A DNA stretch of 64,000 bases from Oculina patagonica (taxonomy: Eukaryota): assembly GCF_052425735.1 (NCBI RefSeq), contig NC_135762.1, positions 10,416,001-10,480,000 on the forward strand, written 5' to 3'. The position numbers and the translations under genes were made by a program. Numbering within the stretch: the stretch's first letter is position 1; each line of letters begins with the position of its first letter. This document shows positions 1-12,081 of the stretch, one piece after another. The notes beneath the pieces were generated by a model. The model was not told the origin of the DNA. It made no database searches and saw only the letters and a program-made list of their open reading frames with translations.

Positions 1-1195
1 TGTTTGTTTGCTGAATTTAATGAGTTATCAGTCAGATGTTCGTCACTTTAAGCAAACGGAGTTCAATTTCAAACATTAGTTACGTTACGTTACTATAATT
101 ACCTGTTTGTTTGCTGAATTTAATGAAGTTATCAGTCAGATGTTCGTCACTTTAAGCAAACGGAGTTCAATTTCAAACATTAGTTATGTTACGTTACTAT
201 AATTACCCGTTTGTTTGCTGAACTTTAAGAAATTGTCAGTCCGATGTTCGTCACTTTTAGCAAACGGAGTTCAATTTTAAACATAAGTAAAGTTACGTTA
301 CTACAATTACCTGTTTGTTTGCTGAATTTAATGAAATTGTCAGTCAGATGTTCGTCAATTTTAGGGTGCGTTTCTTTGGGAAAATCCAAAATTGGATCAT
401 TAAACTCAGCCGGATCACACGGATACTTTGCTCCCAAAGAAACGAAGAATCCGAAAACGGATTTTTTTGCCATGACAACCCCGTAAACACATTTCGCACA
501 GAACATAAAATATCAGCACAAATTTATTTTTCGTCGAATGTATCCTAGCTAAAATAATCAGTAAGCATACAAAATCTTTTACAAAAATCACACGTCGAAG
601 TAGATCTTCTTTAGCGTTAGGCACAATGTGGCGAGAAAGCATCTGAGAGCGAAGAATGATTGCGAAATGATCAGTGCAAATCACTCGTGACAATTTCAAA
701 AGGATACAACTTCCGAAGGCACACAGTGGCTGTTCTAGAAAACCTGTATCCCGTTTAAAATGATACTACATACCTATCTGAAGCTACCGTTTCCTTTAAT
801 CGTGAAATATTTTTGTATTTTGATCGAAATAACCGCCTAAAACTTTCCGAATGTCAATGTTTACAAAGAGCGAACCTGTATTTTCACAGCAAAGACCGCT
901 GGGCCATGGTAGTTTTTTCGAATCCTTTCCCAAAGAAACGCACGGATCATGAATCCTAAAAATCCGGATTCAGATATGATCTGATGAATCCACTCGAAGT
1001 GTACGTGGATTCTTCAGATCATTGATCCAAGATTAATCCATTTTCGGATATAGGTAAAGAAACGCAAAATCCGTTTTTGGATCAAAAATCCGGATTTGTT
1101 TCTTTTCCCAAAGAAACGCACCCTTAGCAAACGGAGTTCAATTTCAAACATCAGTTACGTTATGTTACTACAATTACCTGTTTGTTTGCTGAATT
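1..1195. repeat. ~104-bp tandem repeat (about 4 units, continuing off the window start); fourth unit interrupted by a MITE
   Basis: Unit tgtttgtttgctgaatttaatga...gttcgtcactttaagcaaacggagttcaatttcaaacattagttacgttac...aattacc starts at ~1, ~103, ~208 and ~312 and resumes at 1124 after the insertion. Confidence 0.9.
364..1123. mobile_element. PIF/Harbinger-like MITE
   Basis: 21-bp TIR gggtgcgtttctttgggaaaa / ttttcccaaagaaacgcaccc with 3-bp TTA target duplication; the neighbouring repeat units show the empty site. Confidence 0.85.
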
Positions 1196-1914
1196 GAATT
1201 AAAAATTGTTAAGGACGTCCATCACTATTACCTAACGAATTTCGAATTTCAGTTCCTACACACGCAATACTGTCGTGAAAAGGAAATGAAAATGTGTTGA
1301 TCCAATTACAAAAGAGACTACACAAGAAGAAAAGACTTCAATTTTAACACTTGCTTTTAATGCTCCTTGGCATTTTAACATAACACAATCAGTTGACAGT
1401 GAACTCGTTAACTAACCGACTTACTCTTAGTTTATTTAACGAGGTGGGAAAATCATTTTCTGACGAAGCATGAATAGATAATTTATTTTCTTTTATTCCC
1501 CCTAAACCCTAGAGCCAGTCAGTCGACATTTTTTGGGTCAAGTTTGTAAGGAAAAAGATTTCTATAGGCTTTTATGCTTTTTCATTCAGCGGTTACTTTG
1601 TTTTCTAGAACTTAGCATTTTTTTGTCCTTCGGATAAATGTTGTTATTTTTATTACAAGCTAAGCGATGGTTTACTTGTACCAATAGTGTTGATTAACAT
1701 TTTACGCATTTTTTATTATTTTCTGACTGAAAACCATTTCAGTTCTGAAACACGTATGCTTTCATCGTTTTAATTTGCCCATTTCTTTTTCAAACTGAAC
1801 ATATATTCGAATTGACATTTGAGTTAACACACAAATAGTTGTTAGTTCATCTTTTGATGCACCGCGGGAACGACATGTGTTTACTTTACTAAAAGCCGAA
1901 GAGAATCATGTAGA

Positions 1915-2865
1915 TATAGGGTTTCCGAATATTACGTGCCCTTGCAATATGATTGATGTGACTTTGTCTGCAGGAAATCGACTTGTCAATTTTATTCAGT
2001 TTAAAAAAGGAACTGACATTAATATTTTTTTCAATTAAATTCTCTGCAATGTTAAGGCCAACGAGTAAAAATTTAACACTTTTTGTTTGCTTAGTTAGCA
2101 CCAACCTTTTAACAGTGGTTTTATCCTCTTTGAAAAACTGGATTGGGAAATTTGAAACAAACAGTAATAAGAAATATTTATGTTATCATTGTCATTTTAT
2201 TCTATTTTTTAGTTCGTAGGACCTTATGTATTTATAGGAAATTGATGCTGTCGCCCACATTTATTGGGTGAGCTTGCTACGTAATCCATTGACGGAAAAC
2301 TAAGGGAGCCATGAAACCAACTTGCATTAGAATATAGATCTGCTTACTTTTTAAAACTACAATATAAAATATATTTACATTTTGGGCAATTTATTTGAGG
2401 TGTCCGGATATAACGCCCTTGCAACATGATTGATGTGGCCATATTTTGTAATTAAACGACAGTTATATTCCATTAAGAAAAAGAAACTGGAAAATGTTTT
2501 TTTTCTATTAAGTCTTCTACAACGTTCAGACTTACTAGGCAAAAATCATACGTTTTTGTTTGTTTAGTTGACACCAACTTACAATGATTTTTTTTTTAAT
2601 TACTGGTTTGATCTTCTTTGAAAAAAATGATATAGAACTGAAACAACAGTGAAAACAAATATAGTTATCACTGTCTATTTTATTTTATTTTAGTTGTTGT
2701 GAGTGAAGCATTAATTTTGATAGGCAATTGATGCTTATCGCCCACGTTCATTGAGTAGCCTGCTGCCAAATCCATTGACGGTAAAGCATAGAGAGCCATG
2801 CAACAGACTTGCATTATAGTGTTGCCTACTTTTGAAATTTGCAATGCAAAATAAATTTTCATTTC
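1915..2865. repeat. Diverged ~480-bp direct duplication
   Basis: Colinear blocks gcccttgcaa(t/c)atgattgatgtg ... gaaacaa(a)cagt ... aattgatgct ... atccattgacgg ... acttgcatta occur at ~1920-2390 and again at ~2400-2865. Confidence 0.8.
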
Positions 2866-3765
2866 ATTGATTTTAATAAAAAAATATATATATATTTTCC
2901 TTTGAAGTCTTTACCTAATAATGAAATTTCGATTTTTTTTTTTTTTCAAAAGATAACTAAAGTATGTATGACTTGACTAGAGGATATAGTTTAAACTTTC
3001 TGCTATGAAAATCATCACGCAATAAAATATGAAAGTGATATAGATTGTACTAAATACGAGCTCGACAAGAGAAAAACTATTGGCTCTGTTTATTTTGAAA
3101 GACCTAAGTGACGTCTCAAACGTATTATAAGTCAATATAAATATGGAAATGGTCATATCTTGCAGAGAAATAATACGTCAGTCGTATTTTTGTGTTTAAA
3201 TTAAATAAAATTGCTGATGATTTGAATGTACTATCTTGAACAACCTAAAAATCAAAACCCGCGAAAACAAGCCTAAAAAAGTGTAACACTAATTGATTCT
3301 TTTCTGGAAGGTCTATAATAAAGTGAGATTTCAAAGGAAGCTTAAGTAGTCGCTTGGAATTTCGTATAACAATGTATCTATTAAGCATGTCAACCCTTAT
3401 GCAAACTAGCTAGTACAGTATGAATGATAAGTATTCCCGACTGCAAGGTTAGTTAATTTTAGGTTTTCTGTCCATTGCTTTGTGTAATAAGTATGAGGTA
3501 ACGTAAGCCTTGATTGCTTTGAGAATAGTTTGGAAGAGGAAATCCGAAAATAGTTTACTAAGTACAAATAAGTTATTTTCTATTTTTTGATCAGTAATTA
3601 AGTTTTAAAGGTCCACATCAGCCCTAGGCTACCATCTTTATAGACCTTTGTTTTCAAATAAAGTATGTATGTACATTGCCAATAATAAAATTAAAAAGAA
3701 ACAAGAACGGTTAAGAATGGGTATATAATCTAAAGACCAAAAATTTAAAATTCCACATATCTTAA

Positions 3766-4308
3766 CCCTCGGACGTACAAGGGGGGTGGATGCCACCCCC
3801 CCCCCCCCCGTAAGGTTTTTTCCAAATTTTGAAAAAAGCATTTACCCTACAATGCTGAAACTTTCAGTAGCTGTTCATTCATCCTTTGCGGAATTTGATA
3901 TGTCAACCAGTTATATGGTATGACGTTGCCAGGTAACTCATAAATACAAGCAGGTCTGCCAAAATCCTTTTTACATTTTTCTTGATTTTTTCCAGTTTTT
4001 AAAAACAGAAGTGCAAGATTTGCTTATTTTTACATTCCATAAGCAATTGCGATTTTGCATCAATTTCCGTGATTTTGTGACTTCTAAGAAAATGTTGAAA
4101 TCCAAGATGGCGGATCCAAGATGGCGGCTCTTATGACGTCACGTGACGTCATATGACGTCATAGCCAATAATTTGTCACTGTAGAGTAAGCTGAGGGCCT
4201 CTCAAAGCAAAATAGTTTCGCTGCGCCACTATAACGAAAACCCGGGGAGGGGTTCCATCCACCCCCCCTTGTACGATGATGGGGGTAGAGTTTGTGTACG
4301 TCCGAGGG
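3766..4308 (+). mobile_element. piggyBac-like MITE, family A copy 1
   Basis: TIR ccctcggacgtaca / tgtacgtccgaggg flanked by TTAA on both sides; homologous copies at 14963 and 25040. Confidence 0.88.
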
Positions 4309-5028
4309 TTAAACGCCAAAATCTTTCTAGATTAATTTTGCAATAGATATGCACATGTACGATTTACTCGTTTACAGTAAAACAGCATATTTTTTTTTAT
4401 TTAAAAGGTTTTATAGTAATATAATATATTTATAGTACACAAAATGAATATATCATTTACAATTACTAATAATAAGAAACTTGGGTGTCATAGAACACCT
4501 CTCTAACAAACACCCAGTCTATTTTGGCAGACACCTATTTATAGCAGCCACTTATACAACTTGAAGACATACTAATGTAATCTGACATTGCTATAGAGTG
4601 TACAATTCAGTAAGGTGGACACCTTTTTCGAGGTGGATATCTCTTAAATTTGCCCACAGTTCTTAGGCAAGCAGCTCGTTAAAGCAGTCACTAACATGCC
4701 TTAAGGGACTTTCTAGAATGCATACCTCTGAAATTGGTAACTCTAACATATACCTTTATAAGATAGATTTCTCTCTTGGTCGAACACCGGTCTAAGATTG
4801 TCACCGCCATAACGTCGACATCTTGGTAAGGAGCTGAATAGCCCGGGGCCCCGTCAACATCCCCGCTTTGGGGGAAAACGTGAACAAAAAAACTATCTAT
4901 TACGGTAATTTTTACGTGATAGATTCACAGTCAACAGGTTTTATGCAAACGATGTGATGTCCAAGTCAACATCCCTGAACATTCTGGTCTAGTAAAAGCT
5001 ACCGTAACCAAGGTTTACCTTTTAATTT

Positions 5029-6078
5029 TCAACATGGTGTCTGATTATTCACTACATCTGGCTGTGAATCACCTCCTTGTTGCGTTGATGTGTTTAAAAC
5101 ATGAACGGAATTTGCAACAAGGAAAGGGCACAGCCTGCGCAAAGCCTGGCGAAAATTGGTGCTAAATGCAAATAAAATCACTGGATTAATTGCTGTGCTT
5201 AGCGATGGCAACACAAAATACGTAAAACCTAAAATCAACTTACATCTGTCTTTGATGAAAAGAACAGGAGAGCTGATTTTGAGCATGAAAAATACGCAAT
5301 AAAAAGAATAAGTTATGAAATACGCTAAAACAATGGATTTAAATATCTTCATAATGTTCCGGTTCTGTCTGCTTCTGTTATTTTGATAGTTATGGTATCT
5401 TGTATCATTTTGCGGTTGCACTCTTGCTTTTAGAACGCGCATAATACGCAAATAGAGAATTATAATTGTAATTAATGGAGTAATAGTGAACAAGGTCAAG
5501 CCAGTTATAAAATAGATTGCACTAGCCAACTCATTCCACGAAAATCTACAGAAAATTTCCTGGCCGACTTCTTGCACACTAGCCCGATAGGCCGCCAGGA
5601 TACAGTAAGCCATCGATATTAACCAAGTCGCAAATATAAATAATGCCCTCATTTTTTGTGTAATCAGTGATGCTTTTAAGGGAAAAACAGTAGCGATGAA
5701 TCTGTCAATAGCGATCAAAACCAGGCTTAGAATGGACACTATGGTTGACACCAATCTAAAAAACATTCCAACTTTGCAGCAAACAGTTGCCAGAGGACCT
5801 TGGATTAGACTTCCAGTGCTTGTAATGATCTCATCAGTCAGATACAACGGCCAAATGGTGACACCAGCAAAAATGTCAGAAACCGCCATGTTGATGTAGT
5901 AGTAGTTGGTGCTTGTTCTTAGGCTTGGTGTTTTGTAAACAGAGAAAATCACCAGACAGTTTCCAATGATTGCCGCTATGCTGATTATAGTCATGGCCAC
6001 TGTAAAGAATATAGAAACGGCGTACGGGCAGGAAGGGTATCCATTAGGATAGATGTGAGAAGAGTTGTTCATGACCAT
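5029..6078 (-). CDS. Class A (rhodopsin-like) orphan GPCR, cluster copy 1, single coding exon
   Basis: 349-aa ORF with 7 hydrophobic segments, GN (TM1), NMAVSD (TM2), TM3 Cys and IDRF, W (TM4), ECL2 Cys and NPVILF (TM7); N-terminal N-glycosylation sequon; splice acceptor ...tgttacag| at ~6123. Confidence 0.93.
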   Translation of the reverse strand: MVMNNSSHIYPNGYPSCPYAVSIFFTVAMTIISIAAIIGNCLVIFSVYKTPSLRTSTNYYYINMAVSDIFAGVTIWPLYLTDEIITSTGSLIQGPLATVCCKVGMFFRLVSTIVSILSLVLIAIDRFIATVFPLKASLITQKMRALFIFATWLISMAYCILAAYRASVQEVGQEIFCRFSWNELASAIYFITGLTLFTITPLITIIILYLRIMRVLKARVQPQNDTRYHNYQNNRSRQNRNIMKIFKSIVLAYFITYSFYCVFFMLKISSPVLFIKDRCKLILGFTYFVLPSLSTAINPVILFAFSTNFRQALRRLCPFLVANSVHVLNTSTQQGGDSQPDVVNNQTPC

Positions 6079-6375
6079 TGGTCTTGTTGAGTTGTGCTTT
6101 GGCTCTGTCCAACTTTCTCTAACTGTAACACAATAGAGATGATGGTCAATGTTACAAGATGATACAAGATAATATATTCTCTTTTTGTTCCCTTTACTTT
6201 CATTTCATGATTTCAGAATCCAATTTCAATGAGTTCAAAATGTGTGCTTTCCGTGTAAAGTAAACTCGACATATGTTTTTGTTCGCTGCATGGTTGCCAT
6301 ACCGGTTAGTCTTGACAATTTTGTGATTTATTTAAAACAGTTTTTGGTTTGTTGATGACTTGTAATATTCTTGTG

Positions 6376-6394
6376 GATGATGATGATGATGATG

Positions 6395-6432
<38 letters not shown>

Positions 6433-6446
6433 GATGATGATGATGA
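6376..6446. repeat. (GAT)n microsatellite
   Basis: Direct reading of gatgatgat... with two interruptions. Confidence 0.95.
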
Positions 6447-9400
6447 CAACGCCACTTGGCACTTAAGAGACAAGTAGAAAAAAGTGATGCGCGCCTATTT
6501 GTAGCAAACTGGCAGGATGAACACACAAAATCTGTCATAAGATTGCATTGTATCATATATCCTTCCATTGAAATAGATCAAATCCTGTCAGAGTTACAAG
6601 GAAAAGCACATAGAATGAATGTTGGAAAATTGGCGCAAAATGTGGTTTTTAGACCTGCTGTATGCCAATGTCAGCTATAATCGTTTCCATCTGGATACTG
6701 AGTGGCAGTTAGAAACACTTTGGGAAAAGGACAACAAATGTAAAAGTGATAACGAGAAAAATATATTAAAATAAAATCGCTGTAAAAAGGTCAAATTTTG
6801 GCACATTCACATTTGACATTCAGTCCCTATTTAGCGAAAATTTCAGTATACGACGTAGTAGAAAAAAAAATAGATATATATCCATTGGGATCGATCTGAA
6901 TGGAGTTGTTCAAGAAAATATCATTACTGTGCTCTTTTATGTTCGGACCTGTGAATTTCTCAGCCTTGCTTAACTCATAGCACAACGCCGAACAGTAATA
7001 TATATTATCCTGCCAAACGTTTTCTAGCTATTTGCTCCGTGTATACTTTCTTTGAATTCGACAATAATAACTCCAAATGATCAAAGCTAAAATTTGTCGC
7101 TATATTTCTATGCGCCGCAGTTCCTCTATCTTTTTTTGCACTTTGAACTTTTCAGTGCCAAAGTACTTTACAAACTATTGGTTCTATTTTCCCATTGCCA
7201 CACATCTCTTTTTGTTGTAAATAAAAACTACAAACCTTTGAAAACGAATAACTCGTTATCTTTTTTGATTGATAGGTTTCATGATATTGTCAGTAAAAGT
7301 AAGATATTCATCACTCTTAGGCATGAACTACCTGATCTATATGGAGTCATCCGTATTTTCGGGACGGTTATTTCAAGCACGATCTAAAAGAAAAAAACGG
7401 AATAAAACCGTAAAACTGTTTGATTTACGTACCTTTTTAAGCATGGCTTTTTGTTCAAAGTCTGGCAAAATTTTTGCCTTCTAATGTCTATTTAACCAAC
7501 GTAACAGCTTTTGCAATTCGTAATGGAAAAAATCACAAAAAAAAAAAAAAATGGAAAAGATGATAGCAATTGTGCATTGACTTGAAGCTGCAGGGAAGAA
7601 GAAAATATATCTTGGTCAAAGTAATAATGGACTAAAAAGAAAGATGTTTACAAGTTTATCAAGCCGCACAACGTTTCAGTAAACATTGTAAACATTATTG
7701 CGTGATCTCTGCCTCGCGGTCGTGAGAAACACTAAGTTTAATTACCAATTGCATTTATTTCTCCTTTAAAATTCGATTAGCAAAGGCAAACTAAATTTTC
7801 CTTTCGTTAAATCCCGCAAAACGACTATTAGTTCTGCAGCTATTCAACTTACACAAAAAGACTGTTGAAAAACCTTATAATATTAAGTAAAAATATAAAT
7901 GAGCGCCTTCTATACCAAATTGCAAGGCGGCAAATAACAGCGGCTCGCAAATTGTCCACCTTTAGGAAGAAAAATAAAAAGGTTTTATCTGAAATTAATT
8001 GTAACGTATACTCACCTGAAAACTCCAGAAAACTAATCATTAGAAGTGATATCAATTTTTCCCCACCCAAACAGCACATCGATATCATACAACAATGTCT
8101 GACATTCACCTGAATGACAATAAGCTGATATTAAATACACCTGGAATATTGATCAGGTAAAGCTTGAATTTTAAATAAATGAAAATGTTCCCCTTTTCAC
8201 TCTTTTCCAGATATCATTTTATCTTCTTTTTTTTCGTTGAAGTTAATGATGTGCCTGGAGGATATAGTTTTCGATTTCAATTTTTAAAATCATCAGATAA
8301 AGAAAAATGGAAGGTGAACGTTATACAAAATTACGTGCTCGCCAAAATGCAATATTGACATTGTTTAATTGTCTTGACAAACATTAATAAAATGTATATG
8401 AGTCATAACTTGATAATTGATCGCAATTAGCATATATTTTTGAGACTTTATTCGTCATTACGTCCTTCCAAAGAAACATAAAAAACTCGAGACAGTTCTG
8501 CATCACATTTCCAAATAAGTTGAATTGCCATAAAAATATTACACTGCGCGCAGCTTTTTTGCTTACCCGTTTGGAGTTAAAAAAAAAACATGGAAAAACA
8601 TTGTCTCTCCATCGTGTTTGAAGTATTTCTTGAATTCGGAAGGTAATATTCTTCTTGAAGAGGAATAACACGCCATCGTCTACGCCAATCGTGTCTTCGG
8701 CATTTATCATTATGATCATGTTAGACAGTTATCAGATGCATTATACATTTCCTAAGATATATCACGGCCAGTATTGTCCATATACCCTGTTATAATACAA
8801 TACAATATTCTCCTTGTAATTTCATAAGCGAACAAAAACTGAGTTGGCAATTAGCAAAACACTCATTATTGTTAGCCATAGTACCTGAGACGCACCATGG
8901 TTCATATAAGCAAATTATAGCAAATTAAGTGTATTGACTCTGATTCGTAAATGCGCTAACACAAGAAAGGCATAGTGCTTTTGTGAAGAAAATTATTGGA
9001 ATAATTTACTGAAATAAGCGCTACTGCTTATAGGTTTTTAACTCATTTACCATAATAGTTATAAATTTTAGGTTCCTTGCCCGTTTGCAGTGCAATTCAA
9101 TTATCAAAATATCAGCTACATACAAAAAAGTTTTACGTTAACTAGAAAGCGACGAAATGCAACAAAACATGTTTATCACTTACGAAACAACCAAATCAAC
9201 CAAACCCTAGGAGTTAATGATCGCCTATAATACTAAGTAACAGGTGATTTTTCTCTGTAGGGGGATGATAACTGACTCCTTCCCGCTACCTAGGGAATAA
9301 AAAAAAAATGAAAATTTCTATTTAACAATAAAGTTAACAAATGGCGAAGGGCGAGGCTCCGTATCAATCAACAAAAGTCGATAAAAACCGAAAGTGAGCA

Positions 9401-9715
9401 ATCTAAGTATTTTAGCATAGCACACAGGCCGATTTATTTAACGAAAAGTTCAGTGAAAAGTTCAGTTTGTGGTTGTGTAATTTTCCATGCGCGTGCTTAA
9501 GGACAGTCCTTTGAAAGTTAAAGGACCCTTGCGTAGCCAATCAGATTGCGAGGTTGCTTTAAATAGTCGGTCACTGGGCATGGGTTATGCTTACAACTGT
9601 TTGCTCTTTGTGCTAGTCTCACTATCAGCAGCATTACTCGTTCTACCAGCTGGATAACACGGAACGTCTCTGTCTTTTTTTTTTTTTTTTTTTTTATCCT
9701 TACCACACTTGAATC

Positions 9716-11435
9716 ATAGAAGATAATACATGGTTGCGCGGAGATATGAAATTTATCTTCGAGTGTTCAAATCGATATCTCACGAGTGAGCGCAGCGAAC
9801 GAGTGGGATATCGATTTGAACACGAGAAGATAAATTTCATACTCCAAGCAACCATGTAATATTCTGTTTATTATATAAACCTACTAATTACGATGTTTTT
9901 GACGATTTTCCGAAGATTACCGACCATTTTCCGAAGATTTTCGAAGATTTGCAAAATGTTGTCCGAAGGTCGTACGAATGTTTCCGAACATTTTCCGAAC
10001 TTTTCCAAAGATATCCGAAGATTGCCGAAGATTGTCAAGGAAGATCCGAAAATGTTTCGACTTAATATCGATTTACTTTGGCTCATTCAGCATTGAAACA
10101 GGGCAAACTTGTCAGAAAATGTTTGGAAATCGATATCTTCACATGTGAAAATAACATGTTAACGTGTGAAGATATGATTTTTTCGCGCGAAAGATATATA
10201 TGTTATTTGCCGGCGCGAGGTCCGTATTGGGAAAAACTGTACCCGAGGTCTTTGAGTACGGCCCGAGGCCGCAGGCCGAGGGCCGTGCTCAAGACCGAGG
10301 GTACAGTTTTTCCCAATACGGACCGACCTAGGCCGGTAAATAACGTTTTTATTTTTTTCCTACTTAAGTTTGTTTGGATTTAAGAAACCGCGAAAAAATC
10401 TTTCACAAAATCTTTGTTTGTATACGCGCGGATTTGATTTCAATGTCGAGTCCGACTTGATCGACAAGCAAGAGTCAAGCATTAAGCAAGACAAACATTA
10501 ATTCCGAATAAAATAGCTTCGCTTAAAATGAACCGTACTCAAGAAATGTTCAGCTTAATTTACACTGCAGAAAATCAAGAAAAGCAAATGAAGTCATACT
10601 AAAATATAGCACAAATATGCCACAAAACCTAACACTTTTAAATCGATTTCGGCTTCCCGAACAATTCCCTATAAGCTTAAATGTTTTGAAAAGTCTTGAT
10701 AGAAGCTTTGCAACTTTGCTAAGCCTATTTTTCTGATTCAAAAATACTCTTTGACCGAAAAGCCACCGTGTAATTTTCTTTTTATTATATAGACAAAAAT
10801 AATGCATGAAGTAAAAGTTAAAACATTTTTTATTAATCAAATGGTTAAACACGAGCGACGGCTAATAATAACAATTGAGCATATTGCCAAACTGAATGGC
10901 AAAATTTCGCGAACGGAAGCTTTCAGAAGATGTATCACGTAAAATAATTAAAAAAAAAACAGTCTGTTTATTAGCTTTCATCAATGTCACTGAAAATGAA
11001 TAATTCCGGCGCCGTTTTGAAATCTGTTTCTGCACAAACTCACCGCTTTTCTGATTTCTGATTACTGTGATTACAAAGTCTTGCAGTTCGGCAGCTGGAT
11101 TTTCCCTCCCTTCGTCTGACTCTCCACAAGCAAGAAGCTCTTTTAAATAATTTCAAGGCATATGAAGTTTTGTTATTTGTGTTAGCATTTTCCTGCTCCT
11201 CAGTAAAATATTTCATTTTGGCTTCAGTGATCTTCACGAATCGATCTCGATAGCTTGCCATTTCCAACTGGCGTTGGCAGCTTTGCACAAACAACCGTGC
11301 AAAGGCGGGAAATGACGTCATCGATATCCTCACTAGTGAGGATATGGAAAATACGCCACTACAGTCCCGGATGCAGTTTCGTATGAATTTTACGAGTGGT
11401 CTATTTTCCAGTAAAACACTCGCGGCTATATAATA
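9716..11435. mobile_element. Non-autonomous Crypton-like (tyrosine recombinase type) element with long hairpins, probably two nested elements
   Basis: Long imperfect palindromes at 9727-9858 and 10202-10344; ccgaagatt micro-repeats at 9900-10060; decayed minus-strand peptide MASYRDRFVKITEAKMKYFTEEQENANTNNKTSYALKLFK (from 11261) resembling Crypton N-termini as I recall them; inverted ttattatata / tatataataa motifs near the ends. Boundaries approximate. Confidence 0.55.
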
Positions 11436-12081
11436 ATTCCTGGTATTTCACTGATGTTTATATAATAATATGCATTACTGTAGGTTGTTGAAAATTTACT
11501 TCACGCTGTTGGTATTTATGTTTCAGTGATTCCAACCTTATAATGGGTAATTCGTCAGATCAGAAACATTCTAAACGGGTGGAGCTTGACGCAGTCTTTT
11601 TTCTTCATTTACAGCTTAAGCAGCCAAATCGTCAAGGTACACAAATTTTTAAAGAAAACATTTCTCCACGACGAATATATCTGTTCTTAAATTTGAAAAT
11701 CTCAGTAGGGTAGAGCCTATGTGTTGTATTTGATCCTGTGCAGTTTTTCCTCTGGTGCATTATTTAGATTCAAAAACCGCCAAATTGTTGATTTTAACCT
11801 CAGTTTTGTGCCTGAACATTACCACATCCCTGTCCGTAACAGACCTAGTGGTGCGTAGATGATCGCCAGGATTTCGATCAATACTCAACCAGGGCGGTTT
11901 TACCACCAGACAAACTCATAGTCACTGAAAGTCACTCAAATTAAACTGTGGTAACAGCAGATACCTCTTGTATTCAAATTTCCGCCAATATATATGAGCC
12001 ACAGTTATTAATGAACTTTACAAAAAGCCGTTTAATACGTTTTAGAGTTATTGTATTATGCGGGCATTACTTTTTTCTTTC

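Noticed and set aside
1-360. Possible CRISPR array
   Set aside because: The units are contiguous ~104-bp tandem repeats with no unique spacers, there are no cas genes and the context is eukaryotic.
6332-6568. His/Ser-rich ORF
   Set aside because: It is a translation artefact of the (GAT)n microsatellite.
9871-10383. Short ORFs at 9871-10383
   Set aside because: They arise from ccgaagatt micro-repeats and palindromes inside a repeat element and show no protein family signal.
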